A stretch of 64,000 nucleotides of DNA from Usitatibacteraceae bacterium (lineage in GTDB: Bacteria > Pseudomonadota > Gammaproteobacteria > Burkholderiales > Usitatibacteraceae): NCBI GenBank assembly GCA_044229235.1, contig JBGATH010000006.1, positions 10,760 through 74,759 of the forward strand, given 5' to 3'. The notes below the pieces were generated by a model. It saw only the letters and a program-made list of their open reading frames with translations, searched no databases and was not told the DNA's origin. This document shows, one piece after another, positions 10,870 to 19,696 of this stretch. Position numbers and translations under genes: made by a program. Every line of letters begins with the position of its first letter. Within the stretch, counting starts at the first letter, position 1.

Positions 10870-11886
10870 ATGGAGAGTCTATTACAACCGCGTGCCGTCT
10901 CGGACACTGAGCGCACCCTGCGTTTGGCCAAAGAAACGCTGGATATCGAGGCTGATGCAGTGCGCGCGCTTTCGATGCGGCTGGGGAGCGCTTTTGTTGC
11001 CGCACATAAATTGCTGTTTGACGTGGTCGAACGGCAGGGCAGGGTCGTTGTTACCGGCATGGGAAAAAGCGGCCATGTCGGTGGAAAAATAGCGTCGACG
11101 CTTGCCTCGACCGGCACCCCGGCGTTCTTCATGCATCCCGGCGAAGCCAGCCACGGCGATCTGGGCATGATTACCTCCGGCGACGTGGTCATTGCCATTT
11201 CCAATTCCGGCGAATCGGATGAAATCCTGAAAATCCTTCCGCAGCTGAAACGCCGCGGCACTCCGATCATCGCCATTACCGGTCGGGCGAGCTCGACCCT
11301 GGCAAACGCAGCCACGGTGCACCTGGACGCCGCGGTGGACAAGGAAGCCTGTCCTTTGAATCTTGCCCCGACGGCCAGCACCACCGCCACGCTGGCGCTC
11401 GGAGATGCGCTGGCAGTGACTCTGCTCGATGCGCGTGGCTTTGGCGAAGAGGATTACGCCATGCACCATCCGGGCGGTTCGCTCGGCCGACGTCTCCTCC
11501 TGCATGTGAGTGACGTCATGGTGACGGGCGATCGGGTGCCCAGGGTGACAGCCGATGCGCTGCTGCCGGCAGCCATCGTGGAAATGTCGAACAAAGGCTT
11601 GGGAATGACCGCGGTGGTCGATCTCGGTGACCACGTCATCGGCGTTTTCAGCGATGGCGACCTGCGCCGTGCTCTTGCCGCACACGACAGTATTCGTAAC
11701 ATGCCCGTTACGCAGGTGATGACCCATGCGCCCAAGACGATTGCACCGGGCAAACTTGCAGTCGAAGCGGCCGAAATGATCCAGCGCTACAAGATCGGCT
11801 CGAGCGGCCTGTTGGTTGTCGATGCCGAGAACAAGTTGATCGGCGCAGTGCACGTGCTTGAGCTGATGCGCGCAGGCGTGCTGTGA
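10870..11886 (+). CDS. kdsD: arabinose-5-phosphate isomerase (SIS + tandem CBS)
   Basis: VVVTGMGKSGHVGGKIASTLASTGTPAFFMHPGEASHGDLGMI plus C-terminal CBS pairs. Confidence 0.9.
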   Translation: MESLLQPRAVSDTERTLRLAKETLDIEADAVRALSMRLGSAFVAAHKLLFDVVERQGRVVVTGMGKSGHVGGKIASTLASTGTPAFFMHPGEASHGDLGMITSGDVVIAISNSGESDEILKILPQLKRRGTPIIAITGRASSTLANAATVHLDAAVDKEACPLNLAPTASTTATLALGDALAVTLLDARGFGEEDYAMHHPGGSLGRRLLLHVSDVMVTGDRVPRVTADALLPAAIVEMSNKGLGMTAVVDLGDHVIGVFSDGDLRRALAAHDSIRNMPVTQVMTHAPKTIAPGKLAVEAAEMIQRYKIGSSGLLVVDAENKLIGAVHVLELMRAGVL

Positions 11887-12440
11887 TGCGATGGGAGCCA
11901 CCCGCAGGGGTCAACGAGGACGTGATGGTACGTGCGGCGAAGACTCGCCTGGCAGTCTTTGATGTCGACGGCGTCCTCACCGACGGATCATTAAGATACG
12001 GCAGCGACGGCGAGCAGGAAAAAGTCTTCAACACGCTCGATGGTCACGGATTAAAGATGCTGGCGGAGTCCGGCGTCACACTCGCCATCATTTCAGGGCG
12101 CAGTTCATCAGCGCTGGCACGTCGCGCCAAGGATCTCGGAATAACGCATCTGCATATGGGTATCGCCGACAAGCGCAAGGTATTCGATGGCTTGATCGCT
12201 GAGCTGTCGATCAGTCCAGCAGAATGCGCTGGACTGGGTGATGATGTCGTCGACCTGCCATTCCTGTTGCGCTGCGGCTTCGCGGCGGGCGTCCCGACTT
12301 GTCCCACCTACATGCGCGGATACCTGCATTACGTTACCACTGCAGAGGGCGGCCACGGCGCGGTGCGCGAGTTCTGTGAGGTGATCATGCACGCGCAGGG
12401 CGCGCTGATGCCGGCGTTGCAAAAATACGTCCATCCGTAA
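11883..12440 (+). CDS. kdsC: 3-deoxy-D-manno-octulosonate 8-phosphate phosphatase (HAD)
   Basis: HAD motif FDVDGVLTDG and GDDVVDLP. GTGATG overlap with the kdsD stop. Confidence 0.85.
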   Translation: MMRWEPPAGVNEDVMVRAAKTRLAVFDVDGVLTDGSLRYGSDGEQEKVFNTLDGHGLKMLAESGVTLAIISGRSSSALARRAKDLGITHLHMGIADKRKVFDGLIAELSISPAECAGLGDDVVDLPFLLRCGFAAGVPTCPTYMRGYLHYVTTAEGGHGAVREFCEVIMHAQGALMPALQKYVHP

Positions 12441-12862
12441 TGCTCTGGCTCAAGTCCTTTCACATCATCTTCGTCATTACCTGGTTTGCCGGGCTTTTCT
12501 ACCTGCCGCGGCTATTCGTATATCACGCGATGACCGAGGCACAAGATACGATTTCACTTGAGCGCTTCAAGGTGATGGAACGCAAGCTCTATTTTGGGAT
12601 CATGATGCCAAGCATGGTCATCACGCTGGTGCTTGGAACTTGGCTTTGGCTCGGGTTCGGGTTCACGGGCGGCTGGCTGCACGCCAAGCTGGCTTTGGTC
12701 GTGGGACTTGTTGCATATCAGTTTTACCTGGGCAAATTGATGGTTGATTTTCGTAATGACAAGAATCGGCACGGCCATGTCTTTTATCGGTGGCTGAATG
12801 AGATCCCGGCCCTGCCGCTGTTGGTGGGCATTGTTCTGCTCGTCGTACTGAAGCCGTTTTGA
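12440..12862 (+). CDS. hemJ: protoporphyrinogen oxidase HemJ (UPF0093 membrane protein)
   Basis: MLWLKSFHIIFVITWFAGLFYLPRLFVYH..; 140 aa with 4 TM helices. Confidence 0.8.
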   Translation: MLWLKSFHIIFVITWFAGLFYLPRLFVYHAMTEAQDTISLERFKVMERKLYFGIMMPSMVITLVLGTWLWLGFGFTGGWLHAKLALVVGLVAYQFYLGKLMVDFRNDKNRHGHVFYRWLNEIPALPLLVGIVLLVVLKPF

Positions 12863-14022
12863 GCGACCACTATTTCGCGCCTTGTCCACGCGGACTCGCC
12901 GGAGTCCTGGCAGACGAGCTTGCATCGCTGGGCGCAAAGAACGTAATCGCGCAGGAGGCAGGCGTCGCGTTCGACGCTGATCTGGCGACCGCCTACCGCT
13001 CCAACCTGCGCTCGCGCGTAGCCAGCCGCATTTTGTGGCGGGTCGCGCATTTTCCGTACGAGAATGAACAGCACATTTACGATGCGGCGTTTATGCAACC
13101 GTGGCCGTCCTGGTTCGATGTGGGCCGCACAATCAAGGTCGAAATCAACGCCCATCGTTGCCCGCTGAAGAGCCTGGATTTCATCACGCTGCGCATCAAG
13201 GACGCGGTGTGCGACAAGTTTCGCGAGCAGGTCGGTGCACGTCCGTCGGTGGACGCGCGCGCGCCGGATATCCGCATTCACGCCTTTCTCGATGCGACGC
13301 ATGCCAGCATTTACCTCGACTTGTCCGGCGAGCCGCTGTTCAAGCGTGGATACCGCGAGCATACCGGCGAGGCGCCACTCAAGAAAAACCTTGCGGCCGG
13401 CATCATCCTGCTTTCAGGATGGGATTGTCGCGAAGCCTTTCTGGACGCGATGTGCGGCAGCGGCACTTTTCTCGTCGAGGCCGCCGAAATGGCGCTGGCC
13501 ATCGCGCCAGGCCTGTCAGGCGGGAAGCAGCGTGATTTTGCCTTGAGCCGGTTCAAGGTCTTTGACCGCGCGGTCTGGGATCGAGAAGTGGAGGCTGCAC
13601 GCGCCGCGCAGTTACCCCGGCCCGCGCAGCCGCTGCCGATCTACGGTTCCGACAAGTTTGGCTATGCGATTACCGATGCAAGGGAGAACCTGGCGGCGAA
13701 CCAGTTGCTGGATATGGTTCACCTCAAACAGGCAAACGTGACTGAAATATCAGCGCCCGCGGCGTCGGGCGTGTGGATAAGCAATCCGCCGTACGGCGAA
13801 CGGCTTGGGGCTACCGAGGATCTGGCGCAGCTCTATCCAAAACTGGGTGACTTGCTGAAGCAGAAATTCGCAGGCTGGCGGGCGTATTTCTTTACTGGAG
13901 ATCCGCAATTGCCGAAACTCATCCGGCTGTCGGCCAGCAAGCGGACGCCGCTGTTCAACGGCAAGCTGGAGTGCCGATTACTCGAATACAAAGTGGTTGC
14001 GGGCAGCAATCGCCGCGTTTAG
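12859..14022 (+). CDS. THUMP-domain class I SAM-dependent RNA methyltransferase (RlmL N-half-like, COG0116)
   Basis: THUMP-type N-terminus, SAM motif DAMCGSGTFLVEA and the catalytic NPPYGERL. Confidence 0.85.
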   Translation: MSDHYFAPCPRGLAGVLADELASLGAKNVIAQEAGVAFDADLATAYRSNLRSRVASRILWRVAHFPYENEQHIYDAAFMQPWPSWFDVGRTIKVEINAHRCPLKSLDFITLRIKDAVCDKFREQVGARPSVDARAPDIRIHAFLDATHASIYLDLSGEPLFKRGYREHTGEAPLKKNLAAGIILLSGWDCREAFLDAMCGSGTFLVEAAEMALAIAPGLSGGKQRDFALSRFKVFDRAVWDREVEAARAAQLPRPAQPLPIYGSDKFGYAITDARENLAANQLLDMVHLKQANVTEISAPAASGVWISNPPYGERLGATEDLAQLYPKLGDLLKQKFAGWRAYFFTGDPQLPKLIRLSASKRTPLFNGKLECRLLEYKVVAGSNRRV

Positions 14023-14804
14023 GCGTCCTTGTGAACAATCAGCCGGTTCCGGTGCCGGAACAGCGATTCGGGCGCGATGCCTGTCATCGACCTCACAGTT
14101 CGCGACAGATGCGCTGAATCGGCAAAACCAGCAGAAAGCGCGGCGCTGGTCAGCGACTCGCCCGCAATGGCGAGGTCCAGTGCACGGCGCATCTTGGCCC
14201 AAAGTACGTAGCGCCTCACCGGTACACCCACTTCGCTCTTGAAAATGTGGGCGAGGCGCGATGATGACAGGTGCACCTTTCCCGCAAGCGCTTCGATGCT
14301 GCCGTACAGTTCGGGGGACTCCCTCAGGAACGACAGGGCCGCCTCGACCCGCGCATCGAGCTTGGGCGCATAGGCTGGCGCGGCAGCGGCCAGACCAAAC
14401 AGGCTGTCAATCGACCGGCCAGCTTCGGCCAGAGTCAACAACGGATGCGTGAGCGGGGCCATCAGGTTCCCCAGGCCATCGCGGCAGGGAAACGCACGCG
14501 GCACTTCGGCCGCCTCTCCCACCACCGCACGAAAGCTTGCACTTTCCGGCTCCCAAAACAGGGCTGCGATATCAGTGCTGACGGCCTCGGTCGAATACTC
14601 GGTGCCCGATGGAATGAAAATGACCTCGTCTTCGAGCAGGTTGCCATCTGCCAGCGCCACATGAAGCCTGGTACCGGGGGCCGCCAGCCAGGTGGCAGCG
14701 TGATTGCGGTGATTGCTGGTGGCGAGGCTTGGTCCGACGTAAAGGAAGCGGTCATGCCAGACGTACAGGTGGATGACCATGTCTGTCGAACGCATGTCAC
14801 CCAT
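14019..14804 (-). CDS. AraC-family transcriptional regulator
   Basis: C-terminal double HTH (..SIEALAGKVHLSSSRLAHIFK...AALSAGFADSAHLSRTVRSMTGIAP). Its stop overlaps the stop of the convergent methyltransferase gene. Confidence 0.85.
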   Translation of the reverse strand: MGDMRSTDMVIHLYVWHDRFLYVGPSLATSNHRNHAATWLAAPGTRLHVALADGNLLEDEVIFIPSGTEYSTEAVSTDIAALFWEPESASFRAVVGEAAEVPRAFPCRDGLGNLMAPLTHPLLTLAEAGRSIDSLFGLAAAAPAYAPKLDARVEAALSFLRESPELYGSIEALAGKVHLSSSRLAHIFKSEVGVPVRRYVLWAKMRRALDLAIAGESLTSAALSAGFADSAHLSRTVRSMTGIAPESLFRHRNRLIVHKDA

Positions 14805-14932
14805 GGATAGCAGGTATGTTCAAAAGGTCAGCCAGTTTGTTCAAGCGATCGGCAGGATTGTTCAAGTGGGTGGGCTGATGCGACCACATACTGAAAGTGC
14901 GCCTGGTCATGGGCGCGGCACAGGAGCAGATC

Positions 14933-15091
14933 ATGAAACGGATTACACGCTACTTGAATCAGCCGGAAGGCGTCTTAATTGCCGCACTGGTGTTCGTGCT
15001 GGTCTGCAGCGCAATTTCACTGCTGCAGGCCGTTGCCGCGGGATCAGGTGTCGAAACGCTGATTGCGCCTATCTTCGTCTCGGTCAGCTGA
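14933..15091 (+). CDS. possible small membrane protein (52 aa)
   Basis: AGGAG lies 7 nt before the ATG at 14933. MKRITRYLNQPEGVLIAALVFVLVCSAISLL.. has one TM helix. No homology recognised. Confidence 0.3.
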   Translation: MKRITRYLNQPEGVLIAALVFVLVCSAISLLQAVAAGSGVETLIAPIFVSVS

Positions 15092-15124
15092 GCGGAAGCC
15101 GGGCAAAGCCGACTTGGGCGAGAG

Positions 15125-16264
15125 CTACTTGACGATTTCGAGGTGATCGAGACCCGACGCGAGGTCCTTTTCCTTGGCACTCTTGCCTTCGAGTTTTATC
15201 TTGAGGCGAAGGTCATTCAGCGAGTCCGCATTGCGTAGCGCATCCTCGTAGGAAATCATGTCGGCTTCATACAAGTCAAAAAGCGCCATGTCGAAGGTCT
15301 GCATGCCAAGTTCCCGCGAGCGCTTCATCACTTCCTTGATTTCGTGAACCTCGCCCTTGAAGATCAGGTCCTGAATCAAGGGTGAGTTCAGCAGAATCTC
15401 GATCGCAGCGACCCGGCCCTTGCCTTCCTTCTTCGGAATCAGGCGCTGTGATACGAACGCCTTGAGGTTGAGCGACAAGTCCATCAGCAGCTGCTGGCGG
15501 CGTTCCTCGGGAAAGAAGTTAATGATCCGGTCCAGTGCCTGATTGGTAGAGTTGGCGTGCAGCGTGGACATGCAAAGATGCCCTGTTTCGGCGAATGCGA
15601 TGGCGTAATCCATGGTTTCCCGGTCGCGAATTTCGCCGATTAGGATGACGTCCGGCGCTTGGCGCAGGGTATTTTTTAGTGCCGCAAACCAGTTCTCGGT
15701 GTCGACGCCGATTTCGCGCTGGGTGATCACGCAGTTCTTGTGATCGTGCACATATTCCACCGGGTCTTCGATGGTAATGATGTGGCCGTAGCTGTTCTCG
15801 TTGCGAAAGCCGATCATCGCGGCCAGCGTGGTCGATTTTCCCGAGCCGGTTCCACCGACGAGGATTACCAGCCCGCGCTTGGTCATGCACACGTCCTTGA
15901 GCACGACTGGCAGGTTCAAGTCTTCGAATTTCGGGATGGTGGTGGTGATGGTCCGCAGAACCAGTCCGACGCGACCCTGTTGCATGAAGGCATTTACGCG
16001 ATAACGGCCGATACCAGAGGGCGCGATGGCGAAGTTACATTCCTTGGTGGCCTCGAATTCTGCCGCCTGCTTGTCGGTCATGATTGATCGCGCAATTTCA
16101 GCCGTATGGACCGGTGACAGGCTGGTCTGCGAAACGGGCGTCATTTTGCCGTCGATTTTCATCGCCGGCGGGAACCCTGCCGTGATGAATAAATCGGATG
16201 CCCGCTTGGCGAGCATCGCTCTCAGCAAATCATGGACAAACTTTAGTGCCTGTTCTCGTTCCAT
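15125..16264 (-). CDS. pilU: type IV pilus retraction ATPase PilU
   Basis: PilT/PilU family: Walker A GGTGSGKSTT, Asp box and His box. Sits downstream of pilT. Confidence 0.9.
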   Translation of the reverse strand: MEREQALKFVHDLLRAMLAKRASDLFITAGFPPAMKIDGKMTPVSQTSLSPVHTAEIARSIMTDKQAAEFEATKECNFAIAPSGIGRYRVNAFMQQGRVGLVLRTITTTIPKFEDLNLPVVLKDVCMTKRGLVILVGGTGSGKSTTLAAMIGFRNENSYGHIITIEDPVEYVHDHKNCVITQREIGVDTENWFAALKNTLRQAPDVILIGEIRDRETMDYAIAFAETGHLCMSTLHANSTNQALDRIINFFPEERRQQLLMDLSLNLKAFVSQRLIPKKEGKGRVAAIEILLNSPLIQDLIFKGEVHEIKEVMKRSRELGMQTFDMALFDLYEADMISYEDALRNADSLNDLRLKIKLEGKSAKEKDLASGLDHLEIVK

Positions 16265-16297
16265 ATTGACCTCGGTCGGGGCGCTGGCGACGCCTTA

Positions 16298-17338
16298 TCA
16301 GTTGAAAGCATCCTTGTTGGAGGCCTTGTTGCGCGCTTCTGCGACGGTAACGATGCTGCGGCGAACCAGGTCAGCAAGGTTCTGGTCCAAAGTCTGCATG
16401 CCGATGGCCTGTCCGGTCTGGATGGCGGAATACATCTGCGCCACCTTGGCTTCGCGAATCAGGTTGCGGATGGCCGGCGTGCCGATCATGATTTCATGAG
16501 CGGCAACACGTCCGTTACCATCTTTGGTCTTGCATAGGGTTTGCGAAATGACCGCGCGCAGCGACTCGGACAGCATGGCGCGGATCATTTCCTTTTCCGC
16601 CGCCGGGAATACGTCGATGATGCGGTCGACCGTCTTCGCTGCGGAACTGGTGTGCAAGGTACCGAACACCAGGTGTCCGGTTTCGGCGGCGGTCATCGCC
16701 AGCCGGATGGTCTCAAGGTCGCGCATTTCACCGACCAGAATAATGTCCGGGTCTTCCCGCAGGGCGGACTTGAGTGCGTTTGCGAATGACAGCGTGTGCG
16801 GGCCGACCTCTCGCTGGTTGATCAGGCACTTCTTCGACTCGTGCACAAACTCGATCGGATCCTCGACCGTCAGGATGTGGCCAAACTCGTTTTCATTAAC
16901 GTGGTTGACCATGGCGGCCAGGGTGGTCGATTTCCCGGAGCCGGTTGGCCCGGTGACAAGCACGAGGCCGCGAGGCTGGTTGGAAATCTCGGCGAAAATC
17001 TTCGGCGCATTCAGATCTTCAAGCGACAGGATCTTGGAAGGAATGGTCCGCATGACCGCGCCGGCGCCGCGCTGATGGTTGAACGCGTTGACGCGAAAGC
17101 GCGCTAGGTTGGGTATTTCAAACGAAAAGTCGCATTCGAGGTTTTCCTCGTAATGCTTGCGCTGCCCGTCATTCATGATGTCGTACACCATGCCGTGGAC
17201 ATCATCGTGCGTAAGCGCCGGGACGTTAATGCGCCGAACGTCGCCGTGCACCCGGATCATCGGCGGCAATCCCGCCGAAAGATGCAGGTCGGAAGCCTTG
17301 TTCTTGACGCCAAATGCAAGGAGTTCGGCAATTTCCAT
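16298..17338 (-). CDS. pilT: type IV pilus twitching-motility ATPase PilT
   Basis: MEIAELLAFGVKNKASDLHLSAGLPPMIRVHGD.., Walker A GPTGSGKSTT and the AIRNLIRE motif. Confidence 0.95.
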   Translation of the reverse strand: MEIAELLAFGVKNKASDLHLSAGLPPMIRVHGDVRRINVPALTHDDVHGMVYDIMNDGQRKHYEENLECDFSFEIPNLARFRVNAFNHQRGAGAVMRTIPSKILSLEDLNAPKIFAEISNQPRGLVLVTGPTGSGKSTTLAAMVNHVNENEFGHILTVEDPIEFVHESKKCLINQREVGPHTLSFANALKSALREDPDIILVGEMRDLETIRLAMTAAETGHLVFGTLHTSSAAKTVDRIIDVFPAAEKEMIRAMLSESLRAVISQTLCKTKDGNGRVAAHEIMIGTPAIRNLIREAKVAQMYSAIQTGQAIGMQTLDQNLADLVRRSIVTVAEARNKASNKDAFN

Positions 17339-17464
17339 TTATACTTTTCCCCGGTGAGCGATGGGTCGCATCACGACAGACTGCCAGCAGGAACCCAAAA
17401 CCGATTGATGGGCTGTGAACGCCACTAACCGACGGAAATACATCGGTTTTTTTCTGCAGAGATT

Positions 17465-18154
17465 ATGTGCCCAATCGAATCGAACTTGCAACACGTGCGC
17501 AGGGATATCGATGCCGCGATCGCGGCACTGCCGGCACGCGTGCGCCAAGAGGTCACACTCGTTGCCGTGTCCAAGACCAAGTCAGCGGCTGAAATCCGCC
17601 GGGCTTTCGACGCCGGGCAGCGTGCTTTCGGTGAAAACTATGCGCAGGAAGCGGTGCGGAAGATTGGCGAACTGGCTGATTTGCGGCCGCGCGGAATCGA
17701 ATGGCATTTCATTGGGCCATTGCAGAGCAACAAGGCGGCCCTGGTCGCCCGGAACTTCGACTGGGTGCATAGTGTTGATCGGCTCAAGATCGCCGGCCTG
17801 CTGGCCAGGAGCCGTGAACAAACGCCGCTGAACGTCTGCATACAGGTGAACGTGAGCGGCGAATCAAGCAAGGGCGGCATTATCGCAAGCGAGGTGCCCG
17901 ATTTTGCGAACGAAGTTGCGGCACTGCCGTTGCTGCGGTTGCGAGGACTGATGACCATTATCGAGAACACGCCGGACGTCGCGGCGAAGCGCGCCCAGTT
18001 TCGCCTGATGCGCGAAAGTTTCGGCCAACTCCGGCAAAGCGGCTACCAGGTTGATACGTTGTCGATGGGTATGTCGCAGGACTTTCGTCTGGCGATTGAG
18101 GAGGGCTCAACCATGGTTCGCATCGGTAGCGCAATTTTTGGAGCGAGAACGTGA
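17465..18154 (+). CDS. yggS: YggS-family pyridoxal-phosphate homeostasis protein
   Basis: LVAVSKTK (PLP lysine), WHFIGPLQSNK, MGMSQDF. Confidence 0.9.
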   Translation: MCPIESNLQHVRRDIDAAIAALPARVRQEVTLVAVSKTKSAAEIRRAFDAGQRAFGENYAQEAVRKIGELADLRPRGIEWHFIGPLQSNKAALVARNFDWVHSVDRLKIAGLLARSREQTPLNVCIQVNVSGESSKGGIIASEVPDFANEVAALPLLRLRGLMTIIENTPDVAAKRAQFRLMRESFGQLRQSGYQVDTLSMGMSQDFRLAIEEGSTMVRIGSAIFGART

Positions 18155-18996
18155 AAGTATTGTTTGTAGGTGGCGGCAACATGGCGCAGGCCATTATTGG
18201 CGGCCTGCTGGCCAAGGGGCTGACCACGGACGACGTTCAAGCGATTGAACCGTTTGCGCCCACCCGCGCCAGCCTTGATGGTTTGGGGGTGCGGAATACA
18301 GTTTCTCTGCAGCCCGGGCAACTCGACTGCGACGCGATCGTATTGGCCGTGAAACCGCAGGTGATGCATGAGGCACTGGTGCCGTTCGCCGGGCGCCTCA
18401 ACGGCCAACTCGTGATCAGCATTGCCGCCGGCGTCCGCTGCGGAAACATCGCCGGGTGGCTCTCGGCAGGTAATTCAGCATATCCGAACATCGTGCGGGC
18501 CATGCCCAACACGCCCGCGCTGATCCACGCCGGGGTCACCGGGCTGTTTGCGGCCAGCGGGGTCCCGCCAGAAAGCCGGACAGCCGCGGAATCGTTGATG
18601 GCAGCCGTTGGCAAAACAACCTGGTTTGCGGAAGAGAGCATGCTGGACGCCGTTACCGCCGTATCGGGCAGCGGGCCCGCATACGTTTTCTACTTCATCG
18701 AGGCGCTGGAAAAGGCGGCGATCCAGATGGGGTTCGGTCCAGTCGATGCGCGCATATTCGCAGTCGAGACTTTTCTTGGTGGCGCCAGGCTGGCCGCACA
18801 AAGTGCGGAGGGTCCGGAAGAACTGCGCCGCAAGGTCACATCAAAGCGGGGCACGACTGAACGAGCGCTGGATGTGTTCGAGCAGTACCAGCTCGCCGAC
18901 AAGTTCATCGAGGGGGTCAAAGCGGCATGCCTGCGGTCGCGTGAGCTGGGCGACGAGCTTGGTCGCGTCAGCAATTCCGGGAGCGCTGGACCATGA
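18151..18996 (+). CDS. proC: pyrroline-5-carboxylate reductase
   Basis: VGGGNMAQAIIGGL Rossmann motif and the PNTPALI..SGSGPAYVFYFIEAL signature. GTGA overlap with yggS. Confidence 0.9.
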   Translation: MKVLFVGGGNMAQAIIGGLLAKGLTTDDVQAIEPFAPTRASLDGLGVRNTVSLQPGQLDCDAIVLAVKPQVMHEALVPFAGRLNGQLVISIAAGVRCGNIAGWLSAGNSAYPNIVRAMPNTPALIHAGVTGLFAASGVPPESRTAAESLMAAVGKTTWFAEESMLDAVTAVSGSGPAYVFYFIEALEKAAIQMGFGPVDARIFAVETFLGGARLAAQSAEGPEELRRKVTSKRGTTERALDVFEQYQLADKFIEGVKAACLRSRELGDELGRVSNSGSAGP

Positions 18997-19583
18997 TCAT
19001 GCAAGCGGTCATCTATGTGCTGGAAACCATCTTTCACCTGTTTGTGCTGGCGGTGCTGACACGCTTCTACGCGCAGGCCCTGCGCGCGCCGTTTCGCAAC
19101 CCGATTGCGGATTTTGTTGTCGCCTTGACCAACTTTGCAGTCAAGCCCATGCGAAGAGTCATTCCCGGGGCGCTCGGGCTCGACCTCGCATCGCTGCTGG
19201 TTGCCTGGGCCGCCGAAATCCTGCTGCTGGTGATCATTTATGCGCTGGTGAGCACTCAGGCGTTCGTGAATCCCGGATTCTGGCCCACCATCCTGATGCT
19301 GGCACTGGTCAAGCTGATAAAGCTTTCGCTCTACCTCCTGCTCGGCGTGGTGCTGATCCAGGCCCTCCTGTCCTGGTTCAATCCCTTCCACCCGATCCGC
19401 TCATTTTTTGATGCGCTGTCGCGACCATTCCTGCGTCCCCTGCAGCGACTCATTCCGCCGGTGGGCGGGGTGGACCTTGCGCCGCTGGTGTTGCTGATCG
19501 TTCTGCAGGTGATCCTGATGGCACCCATCGCGTGGCTGGAGAGCGAAGTCGGGACCATCATCCTGCGCCTGTTCGCCAATTGA
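18993..19583 (+). CDS. yggT: YggT-family membrane protein
   Basis: Two YGGT repeats (..NPIADFVVALTNFAVKPMRRVIP.. / ..LSRPFLRPLQRLIPPVGGVDLAPLV). ATGA overlap with proC. Confidence 0.85.
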   Translation: MIMQAVIYVLETIFHLFVLAVLTRFYAQALRAPFRNPIADFVVALTNFAVKPMRRVIPGALGLDLASLLVAWAAEILLLVIIYALVSTQAFVNPGFWPTILMLALVKLIKLSLYLLLGVVLIQALLSWFNPFHPIRSFFDALSRPFLRPLQRLIPPVGGVDLAPLVLLIVLQVILMAPIAWLESEVGTIILRLFAN

Positions 19584-19696
19584 CCGGGCCCCGGCTGGCC
19601 GGAGGCGCGTCCAGCCTCGATCACCCGGCAACATCGCGCCTTTGGGCTCGATGCGCTACACTTTCGCGATAACAGCACTTCAGGTAACCCGCCAAA

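Noticed and set aside
10826-11005. 60-codon N-terminal extension of the CPA2 antiporter ORF
   Set aside because: The extension is Arg/Pro/Cys-rich and overlaps the divergent kdsD start. The family N-terminus and first TM helix begin at ATG 10825.
10882-11901. 339-aa ORF antisense to kdsD
   Set aside because: kdsD has unambiguous SIS and CBS motifs on the opposite strand, and the antisense product is low-complexity (R/G/H/A).
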